This document shows, one piece after another, positions 10,081 to 20,779 of a DNA stretch of 32,821 nt. The stretch lies in assembly GCA_022813965.1 (NCBI GenBank), contig JALDZS010000036.1, positions 124,001 through 156,821 on the forward strand, written 5' to 3'. How positions within the stretch are numbered: position 1 is the stretch's first letter; each line of letters opens with the position of its first letter. The position numbers were made by a program, and so were the translations under genes. Source of the DNA: Toensbergia leucococca. Taxonomy: Eukaryota. The notes under the pieces are model-generated. The model saw nothing but the letters and a program-made list of their open reading frames with translations. It did no database searches and was not told the origin of the DNA.

Positions 10081-13000
10081 ATGGACGTGATACTTCCTGC
10101 TCGTTCACGCCCTACAGCTGCTCCTTCTGAATGCGAAGGATATGAATGCAAAAGTGGCAGCGAGGCCTCGAATTCGCTATGTCTCAGTTGTGGCTCTACC
10201 TATTGCGATGTTTGTTGGGATATACAAGGGCCTCACAGAAAAGGCAAGGTTGGTCTTGACGGTTTACCCCACGAGAAAACTGATAAACACATCTATGACC
10301 GCCTGAAAGTCATCCTTGAACCACCAGAGGACAAAGATCAGCTCAGTCGCTTGCACATTGAAGATGAAGACACTACGTGGTTCGCCGTTGAGAAAGATCC
10401 CAGTGGCCAGCCAATATTCCAAGATTACGGCCGCTACCCTGCACTGATGGCAGAGACAAAGCAACCCAATGCCGGCATTAGGTACCCTCAACTTGTTTCT
10501 TTCGTTGGACAAACCGGTGAATGACGATTCTTACCATGGAAGTCCCTATTCGAAGCTGACGTACGGAACACAGGAGCGGGGAAAAGCACATTGATCAAGA
10601 TGCTTGTATCTCTGAAAGAAGAGAGACTATCTTTCAGTTCGACCTTGCCTTTCAAAAGCCCAGTTGTAGGATCTGTCAAGAATGATAGATCACCCACATC
10701 CGGTGATGTCCATCTCTATGTGGACCCTGAGACTGCCTATGGCCCTCTTCCACTACTCTACGCTGACTGCGAAGGACTTGAGGGCGGTGAGATCGCGCCT
10801 AGGGCACATCAGCTGCGAGAAACTTTGCGAAAGTCCGGCCAAGGTCAAAAAAGACAACGTCTCTTCAGTACTCGACCTCGAGAGCTGGTCTATGCGAAGA
10901 AGAACACCGAAGCGAGGAACAGGGAATGGGCCGTGCGAAAAGTGTATCCTCGCTTGTTATACACATTCTCTGATGTCGTAGTCTTTGTTCTTCGCAACAC
11001 AAGGTGAGAGGGCCCAAAGAAACTCACGTCTACATCATTTGACAAGTTGGTATATACTATAAGAGCGTTTGAATCCACCGCTCTCAAGTTGTTGCTCGAG
11101 TGGGCTGCTACCTCCGTTGAATCTTCTGTCAATCAACCAACGCTCCCGCATGCCATTATCGTGCTTAATGCTACGAGTACGTCAATTGACGAGGAAGAGT
11201 GGGATACCTCGATTGCAACCCACAACTTGATGCAGCACGTTGCGTACACCGTTGACGAAGTGCCAGCAATCAAGACTTATGCTGATCATTGGCGACAAAA
11301 GGGGCACAAAATTCACAATATGCTTGATCTTTTTCGATGCTATTATGCTGACATCTGTGTCATTCGAATACCTACAAAGGGTCGTTACATGTTGTCGGAT
11401 ACACAAATCAACAAGCTTCATCATAGAATCATCCAAAATTGTGATGCGTCATTCAAAGCAAAGAATGATGCGCACATGCTGTCTAATGCTGATGAGCTCA
11501 ACACATACCTACAAGCCGGCTTTGATCATTTTACGACTAAAGAAGATGAGCCTTTCAACTTTGTAGAAGTGGCATTGAAGAACAATCCCATCCCACGGGA
11601 TTTTGGAGATCATATCTTGGGCATGGCAGCAGATGCACGGAAAGTCACCGGTATCCGTGATGGTCCATTGCTGTTTCTGAAACTGAGCTTCATGGTAGCA
11701 TCATGCATCTTCATTGACTGTATTAGGCAACGACGACCAGGTAAGATTTCAAATTCTCTCAAGAAGATCTAGTCCCATTAGCTGACTAGTGCTGGAACCA
11801 AGGCAAGGCGCCCGATTTGTTTGATCAGTTCTACGCAAGTTCATGCGCCGCGGCTCTAGAGCATTTCTGTGATAAGTATTGGCCATGCAGTTTCGTTAGC
11901 AAAAAGGGCAAACCTTGCGTCAATGTGAAGTCTTCCCATAGTGCCAAGGGGCATCAAAACGCGAAAGGTAAAGTATTCTCAGCAGGGAAATATGTCTCGC
12001 AGTTCTCTTCGTTCCATTTCAGCCACAAGTGGCAAATTATGATCAAAGATCATCTACAGCAAGCTGAACGCCAATTCGCAGAGAGAAAGTCCAGTAAATT
12101 CCCAGCATATTACAGCGGCGACGACGCCATTGCTTATGATCTACATCGAGGACGCATGGAGGTTTTCTTCTCCCGTTCATTTGAGCACTTTACGGCGTTC
12201 TCTTTCGGCAGTTTGACAACATGTTTTAGCTGTTTGATGGAAGTACCACAACATCCTCTACAGTGTGGCCATACTCTATGTACGGCTTGCATCAGGGCTT
12301 ATGGTCGCCCAAATGATCGGAATTCTGTCTTAATGGATTATTGTCCTCTGCATACAAGCAGGACGCGCAACACACGGGCATGGCTTGTTCATTTCAAGCC
12401 TGATTATGCCGGCGTGAGGATCCTCACCCTAGATGGGTAAGTGAGCTATCCAAAAGTGGCTCTGTCCGCGCTAAGTATTTCAAAAGCGGTGGTATCCGAG
12501 GTATTGTTGAACTGGAGGTGCTTCGAGCTGTCGAGCAAGCATTGGGTGGCAAAATGACTATACAGGCCTTTTTTGATCTTATAGTTGGAACGAGGTCAGT
12601 TTGATATGTTTGATATACATTCAGGATGCTTATACCGATATTAGTACGGGCGGCATCATCGCTCTCGGGCTGGGGGTCAGGCAGTGGAGTCTGAACCATT
12701 GTGTTACTGAGTTTATTCGTCTGTGTGATCGAGCATTCACTCCCCGTGAATTCGATAAAGTGGCCGGTTTCAAACAAGCGACTACACTTAAGCACGGTAG
12801 TAAGTACAAAACCCAGCCTCTACAACGTGCCCTACATGAGGTGTTTGGTGAAGAGCAATTGTACGGCGGTCCTCGAAAGGCTTATTTTGTGTACGACACA
12901 AAAGTCGCCGTGACTGCAACGTCAGGAACCGGGCAGAGAGCTGTTGTACTGGCAAACTATAGCCGGCAAGAAGAGAATGAGCCTAACTACAAGTTCGAGT

Positions 13001-14846
13001 TCCCACACGACCTACAACTCTGGGAGGCTGCGAGCGCCACATCAGCCGCTCCGTCCTTTTTCAAGCCATTCGAAAGTCGCGGAAAGCAGACATATCTTGA
13101 CGGCGCGATATATTACAACAACCCTGTCAAAGTAGCAAATAATGAGCGCAAATTTCTGTGGCCTGACGTTGCAGACGCTCATCCGGACATAATTCTTTCA
13201 GTCGGAACGGGCATAAACAGGCGCAAAGTCGATGAGGAATTGGAAAGTGACTTGACTGGGCGACAAAACGTTCGACAAGCTAAGCCACAGTCAGCCAGTA
13301 GATTCAACCGATTGAAAGGGAACATGCGGACAATATCAGCCAAGGCCAAGCCCTTTAGGATAGTGAGCAAGTATTTCGAAGTCCTAGTAAGTCCTATCGA
13401 GGTTCCTTCAAAGGTTTAACCCATCTTGCTAACGGACCCAGATCAATCGAATTGACAAGATTCTTGATTCTGAACGCGAGTGGAGGCAGTTCTGCACCGA
13501 TGCCCTGGACGGCAAGCATAGTCGAGACGATGTCTCTCGTTATGTTCGTGTAAATGTCGATTTAGGAGAAGATCCCCCAGCACTAGATGATAAGAATAAG
13601 CTAGCAGACGTCCAAGCGAAAACTACTGGCATTCTCAGGAGTAGCGAATACCAATCAATGATTGAGAAGGTAGCTCACAGGCTTATCGCAAGCTCATTCT
13701 ATTTCCTCAAGGATGATCGCATTAGTTTTGATGAGGCATCGAGTATGTATGTTTGTACAGGTATGCCCTTGGAGATTGGCGCTGCCAAGAAGGCTACTCA
13801 TCCTAGCACAGGGAAAATAGTGTGTCGATTTGAGGGAAACTCAACGGAATCTCGTCACAACATGCGTTCGCTGGGGGAATTTTTGCGATCCCAGCAGGGA
13901 CCTAGCTTTCAGCCGTTTTTCAGCGTCAAGGAGAAGGCGGAAGATCCAGACCTCAACAAAGTAAGAAACCCCATACTGTCCGATTTAGAGGAAAGCTGAG
14001 TAATATCACAGGTTGAGATAAGTCAAAGCACGATTGAGGAAATGATGGCAAGAGCACTGTTTCGCTTCGATGAACCATTGCAGATCAGAGTGGCGTCTCA
14101 ATTGAGTCCCGTCATGATATATCTTAGTCTTTGTGAGACTCAGCGGTTTGATCCAGGCCTTTATCCAATAAGTGGCTTTCCTAGATACCTGGTCACAGAG
14201 GATACAGATAATGGTAAGAATGAAGAAGCATATACCGAGACTGTAAGCTAACGTTCAATCAGCAAATCGGCTGGACAAACGAGCTGAGCTCATCAGAGAA
14301 CGGAGATATAATGCCTTGCCGGTTGCCAATGACCCCAAAGTTGCCTATCCAGGCGATGGGGCGGCGTCGATGGCTGAGTCTGGAAATGATGAGAAAGAAG
14401 ATCCCACAAACTCAGCGTCTAGTAAGGCCGACGATAAATCAGTCCAGGATACGAGGGAGCCAGGGTCACCGCACGTCGAAACCCGAGACAGTGTTAGCAG
14501 AAGTCGATCTAGGACCAGCTTACTAGAGCGAAAAGTAACCTCTCGAGAAAGCGAGAAGAAGAAGCCAGATATTCCGAGATTACCCAGATCTCCAACTTCT
14601 ACTGACTCTGCCTCGCTGAATAGTGCAATGAGGAAGGCCGGGCCAGCCCTCCAAAAGAGCATTTCTGTTGATGAACTCAGAGCCCAGAGTCACATGACCT
14701 CAAATGCAACACTCGTCGATGCAGAGGAGATTATTAAATCAGGTGACACTCTTAGTGACGCATCTCGGAACGGTGATGTTGCGTCTGACAGTGATGATTC
14801 GGACGGGCCGCCGTCAGACGTCGAAGCTGATGGAGCGAGTATGTGA
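10081..14846 (+). CDS. Multidomain patatin-like phospholipase: B-box-like Zn finger + P-loop GTPase (GBP/atlastin-like) + CCHH module + RING-like finger + patatin; 10 exons (10081-10516, 10574-11003, 11064-11740, 11803-12436, 12487-12594, 12645-13386, 13442-13760, 13812-13960, 14012-14213, 14263-14846), ~1426 aa
   Basis: Nine 49-62-nt GT-AG introns join the ORF fragments in frame (4281 nt). Splicing restores Walker A VGQTGAGKST and the patatin motifs DGGGIRG and GTSTG. SAAPSFF, YLDGAIYYNNP, LLYADCEGL and CFSCLMEVPQHPLQCGHTLCTAC...CPLH lie within exons. The start codon is the least certain element. Confidence 0.9.
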
Positions 14847-15411
14847 TGAAATGGGCAGGGTTCATCATATAATAACGAGCGCATCGTCTCGGCAAGGTGT
14901 AGTGATTAGGGATTTGTTGGCATATACAGTGGTGACTCGGTCTTTTGCTACTCCGTACACCGTGTGGTCGATTTTGGCATTAAATAATACCTGATTTGTT
15001 CTTATACCTCAAAAACTAATATGTTACCTCCTCCGAGGGACTGCTCCTCCGTACTCTACATTATCAATGCATCCATAATACATACTTCGTGGGACATGGT
15101 GGTTTGGTGTGATCTTACAGGCTGCCGTTATGATCATACATGAGCATTTATGAGCACTTACGAGCGTACGCAAGGCAACCATGGCCTGTGGAATGATGCA
15201 GCGCAAAAACCTAGAGCAGATAGTCGGTGGAACTTCATAGCTGTGAGGCCAAAAGAGAGACCACAACGAGCGTTAGTAACCCCAGGGTTGGAGATACACG
15301 CTGAAAGACCCAAACAACAATACTACTGAATGAAGTCTTAATTGTGTTGTATTCGTGGCTAGCTAACTAAGATTTCGGAAGTGCAGTAGAGTTGTGGATA
15401 TAAGTGAATGC

Positions 15412-15480
15412 TGACTAATCCACGATCCATGCACGATCCATGACTAATCCACCGAATTCCACGGGATCCACGAATCCACC
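15412..15480. repeat. Short imperfect ATCCA(C/T) minisatellite
   Basis: TGACTAATCCAC occurs twice, CACGATCCATG twice, and further (G/A)ATCCAC units follow. Confidence 0.7.
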
Positions 15481-15755
15481 CCTCAACGCCGCGACACACG
15501 TACGACATCGAAAATAGTGGCTTTGCTCCGAGATCCTTTATAAGTCATCAAAGAAATTTACGGTTGATTTGTCAGGTCAGAGAAAACAACAACCTGATTT
15601 TCCAAAAAGAACCGGTATCAAGGACCCTTCCTCTCCCTGTACGGAGTAAAGCAAGATGGCTCACCCCCCCCCCATTGAGACGCGCTCCCTTGCAATCAAA
15701 TGCAGAATCAACTTCACTCATACTCCAGCCCTCACATCTCGCAAACCCACTGACA

Positions 15756-15892
15756 CCCCCCCAAAAAAAAAAAAAAAAAAGTTCCTCACAACTTTCAACC
15801 CCCTTTCCCCTAAAATAAACATGCGTCACACGCATCGCTTCTTTCATGCACACACGCCTTTCATACTTTCCCCCCCCCCCCCCCCCCCCCCC
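15756..15892. repeat. Homopolymer tracts: C7A18 (15756-15780) and C23 (15870-15892)
   Basis: Directly visible in the sequence. Confidence 0.9.
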
Positions 15893-16537
15893 AAAAAGGA
15901 AAGTCATTTAAATCTAATAAACATTCCTTATAATCTCTCTCTCAACACAAAAAGCAAACTTGATAACCCAGCTGCCCTGTGCCAAGTTGCACACACTTCA
16001 GAAGCAAAGGTCATTTTTGCATCATAGATGTCACAAATTTTGAATGTGAGGGAATTCTGTCGTTTTTTTTGTTGGGGGGGGAGGGGGGTGTTTAATGATT
16101 GGTAGGGTGCTTGTGGGGGTGTCTGATTTGTGACTGAAAGGAATGAATTAGAGTAGAGTAGATTGAGATAGATTGAAATAGATTACACGGGCCGCAGCCT
16201 ATGAGAAGGATATCAGAATGAGGATGAAACCAAGGATTTCCCCCCCCCGTTTCGCTGGCTGGAGGGTGGTGAAGGAATTATATGGGATGTATAGAGCTTC
16301 TACGCCTTTCGCTCGACTGATTAGCTTTCAATGGCCTTGGGGTTGACTCGACGTCGGTTTTTTCCTCTGGACAACGAGAAAGCCGAGTGCAAAGCATGAT
16401 TGGAGGACTTCCTCATTGCGAAAAAATTGAGATTCGGGGGTAAGATCTGATATCCCTTTACCGGACAGTGTAAACGGGGGAATTTCTAGTAAAACAATTT
16501 TCATTTTATCTGGGCAGTATGCACCTAACTGGAGCTA

Positions 16538-17597
16538 CTATTGGGCCCGCTGTACCGCAATCTTGGTATACTCGTCCATATCCTCCTTGGGAAGCCCCAA
16601 AACGTCATTTTGCAGACCCCTCGATGTTTCAAAGTCGCCGCTTCCGTCTGGATAAAAGACCCTCGTGTACATCATTTGGACAAAGCCCGACATGTCTCCT
16701 TTCTGCATTGCCTCCACTCCGGCTTTGTACCGGCTCGCGGAAGGCTCATGTTCGATTTTCCAGTCGTCCAGCGTGGTACCAGTGACGCGCATGACCGAGT
16801 TCAGCATGTCTCTTTGGCTGACTTTGAATGATGACACGTAGACGAATTTGTTTCGATAGTGTGCCAGGCAAGGGCTTTTATCATTCGCATCATCTGGTAA
16901 CACTTTCAAGGCAAGTAATTTAGCGACACTCCGGCTACATTGAGCCCAGGTACTGGTATTGATGCGCGTGTTCCCGTCATCGAAGAAGGTGACGGTACGG
17001 TTCTTGAGATCGAAGCCGTATGCTGCAGGCCCGTAGGACAGGGAATACTCATACCAAAACCCGCACGTTACGCCCATCCAGGAGCTCTTACCGAGCTTTT
17101 CTATGTGCTCGAGATATTTAGCACTCTTCTCGCCGAGCGGGATGTCATTGTACAAGCCCGGATTTGAATGGTCGTAGCCCCATTCGTTGGGTAGCACCCA
17201 GGCCACATTGGCCGTCGCGGCGGCTTCGATGAGCCTCGTCTGCTGATCTGGTGGTGCTCTGACCCCCATTGTGATGATCAGAGCCTCCTGACCTTGGAGT
17301 GCCTCGACGATGGACGCTTGGTCGGCGTAGTCGATCTTTTTGATTTCCACACCGGCTGGAACTGTGCTCGTGCTGTCTCCACGGGTAATTGCGGTGATTT
17401 TGTGGTTTCCCGCTTTGAGTAGTTCTTCTGTGAAGTATTTGCCGACTTGGCCGCCAGCCTGTCTAGAGTTTTAGTTTATAGTGTACAATAGAAACAAAGA
17501 ATTCGACAAGGATGCAATGACTTACCCCAACGATTGCGATTTTCTCGATATGATTTTTCAGACCCTCTGGCTGCTCGCTGGCAAAGTGGTGGGCCAT
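16538..17597 (-). CDS. cipA: CipA-like / NmrA-family NAD(P)-binding oxidoreductase (isoflavone-reductase-like), 2 exons (17526-17597, 16538-17458), 330 aa
   Basis: Splicing gives the Rossmann motif IEKIAIVG|AGGQVGKYFTEELLKAGNHKITAITR. Further motifs: LIEAAATANVAWVLPNEWG, GVTCGFWYEYSL and TVTFFDDGNTRINTSTWAQ. Confidence 0.9.
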
Positions 17598-18302
17598 AAT
17601 GAATATAGATTGAGTGTGGCAGAGACTTGAGAATTGATAGTGATGATAATAATAATTGAAAAACGGAGTATGTTTGACTGACTGTTATGGACGTATATAG
17701 CAGTTGATAAGAAGATGCAATTCTAAGCAAGTGCCGGGCGGTGATCTTAAGGATCCCGCTGGCGCTAGCGTTTACTGTATTCCGAGGATCCGGAATACAG
17801 CTAGTCTAGATAAAGCTAGTGCTATCGCTTAAGAACATGGTATGGTAGAATCCATAACACTGACCCGAAGAATAGAAAGATGTGATATTATATTTTCTAG
17901 AGTGAGAAGGGTCGTAATAGCTTGCAATGAGGAATATCGAGGATAGAGTGGTTCGATAAGCTTGATATATAATCACAGAGACTAGAAGCTAATGGCTATT
18001 ACCTAACAAGTCTACAGGATACTCGTGCGAAAGACGACGACATAAAGAGTCGTATGTCCGCATCGTTATCTCCATTGAGGTGGTAAGGTGGGATGGTGGG
18101 AGCTTGCTGCCGTATTAAATAACGGGTGGTGGTTGGTGGGAGATGGGAGAGTACATATCGCTAAGTCCGCTCCTTAATCTCCATTACCTACGGTAGTGGC
18201 CGGGACTAGATTGTTCTCGAAAAGCTTGGCATCCGCGCTAGAATATCAGCAAGCCGCAAGTCAGCGGGTCTGTAATAACGATACGATACGATACGAGTAC
18301 TA

Positions 18303-18318
18303 GTACGAGTACTCGTAC
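18303..18318. promoter_or_regulatory. Perfect 16-bp palindrome GTACGAGTACTCGTAC in the divergent cipA / nucleoside hydrolase intergenic region
   Basis: The palindrome is directly visible and is preceded by (ACGAT)n and TACGAGTACTAGTAC. A regulatory role is inferred only from its position ~175 bp upstream of the ATG at 18493. Confidence 0.35.
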
Positions 18319-18492
18319 AGTCGCATTTGTATCGACGCGGTATCGAGCTCAGCTTTACAGAAATTAGCCATCCCCAGATGTGTTGACGACTCCCATACCT
18401 TTGTCTTTGTCATAGAGCCACCCAAACTGTAGGGCAGATATACGTACCTTGTGAAACCCGTTCCTGACTACCCGGCCGCCGCCTCGTCCATC

Positions 18493-20305
18493 ATGTCCCC
18501 TACCTGCAAAGCACCAGCCAAGAAAATAATCATAGACACCGATCCTGTGCGCTTTCCCTTTCTCTCCTTCAGTGCTTCAACCCTCTCTCCCCATAATTGT
18601 TACTTTTTTTACGAAATCAACTCGGTCCCAAAATCAAGGAACTGATATCACCCCTATTCCAAAGGGCGTTGACGATATCCTCGCCCTCCTCCTTCTCCTA
18701 TCCACCAAACCAGAAACCGAAACCCGGGACGTGGAAATTCTCTTGATATCGGTGACGTTTGGGAACATCGACGTGCAAAAGTGCGTTCTATTCCCAAATC
18801 CCGTAGTCAATCACTCCCATCCTCAACCATTCAAAAGCATTTCCCTTCCTCAAGCTACACATCTGTTTTCTTTGAATGATATTTAAGACCAACCCATCAT
18901 CCCCAAGACAGTTGCCTGAGAAACATCCTCTCCCTTTTTCACGTTCTAGAAAAAGAAACCCAATGGCGTCAATCCCAAGGCCTTGCCTCAAATTTCAGTG
19001 TCCTAGCGCAAGGAAAAGCCAAGCCGATGGTAGCTGTGGGCGCCGAAAGACCATTAGGAGATCAAATGGTGATGGCTGATTATTTTCGTGGGTCGTCTCC
19101 AAGCATCAAGAAACATTTCTGCTGTAAAATAGAATTACATACTAACGTCGCAATGGTATTTTCTAAGACGGTACTGATGGCCTAGGCGGAGTACACACCA
19201 GTGTAAATCAGATGATTCCCCCAAAGCTAATATAAAAAGCCAATCTACAAGCCAAACTAATCTCCCTCAATAGCACCCGCACCATACCCCCAAGGAAACA
19301 TGGCGCGCCCTCTTCACGCCTCCCCCCCACCCTTCCCTTATAACTACCGCCGCGGCCTCAACAACCCACACCACTCCCACAGCCCCTACTCTCTTCAGCC
19401 CTTCCCCCCATTCCTCCCATCTTGAAATCCTTCGCATCCTCTCCGAAAACCCGCCAGACACAATAACCATCATCGCAATCGGTCCCCTAACAACCCTCGC
19501 CCTCGCAGCCTCCCACTCCCCTCAAACCTTTCTGCGCGCAAAAGAAGTCCTTGTAATGGGCGGCTGCTTCCTGGAACCAGGAAACATCACCCCAGTAGCC
19601 GAATTCAACGCCATCGCCGACGCCACAGCCGCAGCAAGGATCTTTGCGCTGACGTCCCCGAACCCCGCAAGCACGATGCCGCCATCGATGGCAACATCAG
19701 AGCAGGCAAGCGAGCACGACTTGGAAAGCTTCTTGCCGCCGTACCCAAGCAAAGAAGAGCTGGGGGAGCGAAGGCTGAACCTGGTATTATTCCCGCTGGA
19801 CATCACAACGCCACATACGCTTCTCCGAACCGAGTTCGAAGCCAAGGTCCAGCCCCTTTTGCGCAAGGGGAGTCCGCTCGCCGAATGGACAAGCGCCTTC
19901 CTGGGCCCCACGTTCACGAAGATGGAGACGCTGCATCTGGGCCACGAGGGCGACAGCACGGCGCTGAGTCTGCACGATCCCATGTGCGTCTGGTACGCGC
20001 TGACAACGACAAGCTCGGAGGAGGAGGAGGCTCCAAGCAGCGGCAGCGGGAAAAATTGGACGATTGGTGAAGGGGAAGATGTGCGGCTTGAGACGGCGGG
20101 GCAGTGGACTAGGGGCATGTGCGTTGTGGATCGCAGGGATCGGAAGAAGATGGTGGATGTGGAGTATGGGGCGGAGGAGGCGGAGGTGCCGGGCGATCGG
20201 GGCGGGTGGCTGAGTTCGAGGGCGGGGAATCGGGTGAGGAGGTGTGTTGGGACGCCCGGGGAGAGGGCGCTGGCGCCTTTTATGCTGGATGCTATATTTG
20301 GATAG
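18493..20305 (+). CDS. Inosine/uridine-preferring nucleoside hydrolase, 5 exons (18493-18546, 18665-18780, 18912-19087, 19168-19202, 19274-20305), 470 aa
   Basis: Splicing gives the family signature IIIDTDP|GVDD, followed by ISVTFGN, YFHGTDGLGGVH, IIAIGPLT, VMGG...GNITPVAEFN, FPLDIT, LHDP and GQWTRGMCVVDRR. Confidence 0.94.
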
Positions 20306-20779
20306 ACGGGGCGGGCGGGCGGGTTTGAGGGGGGTTCCGTTTTGGAAGAGGAACAATGTACACGAAGGATCGCGCTTGGTGGAATTGTGTTTTTTTTAAC
20401 TTTGTTTTGTGTTTTTTTGCGCACATTTTCATTTCTTAAATATCTGGATATTTTTTTTTTTTTGCCCCCCGAGTTTTGGGGGGCACTTGGTTTGTTGTAG
20501 CAAAGGGCGAAAGAAAGATTAGTACATTGGAGGCGATGTGAGAAGTTTTTTTGGTCTCGATTTGAACCTACTTGAGATTTGGGTGCAAAAGGGGCCGTGA
20601 GTGAATGAATTAGATTGGAAGAAAAGGTTGTCATTGGAATAGGAAAGCCAGCAACTCGAGAGGCTGTCAAGCCCACTCTTCTCTACGCAAAACAACCCCG
20701 CGTCCGAAATATTCAGAGCAAGGTAACCGTCCGTGAATCGTACCCTCTGAACGAAACCCAAACCCAAAACCCTCATACC

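Noticed and set aside
10489..10600. Reading the P-loop as an NLR NACHT/NB-ARC domain
   Set aside because: The downstream motifs (PTSGDVHLY, DCEG) fit a TRAFAC GTPase G2/G3 pattern rather than a hhhhDD/DE Walker B. No TPR/WD/ANK sensor repeats follow, and the patatin domain is C-terminal.
19522..20676. 384-aa minus-strand ORF
   Set aside because: It is the antisense shadow of the GC-rich last exon of the nucleoside hydrolase gene and has no motifs of its own.
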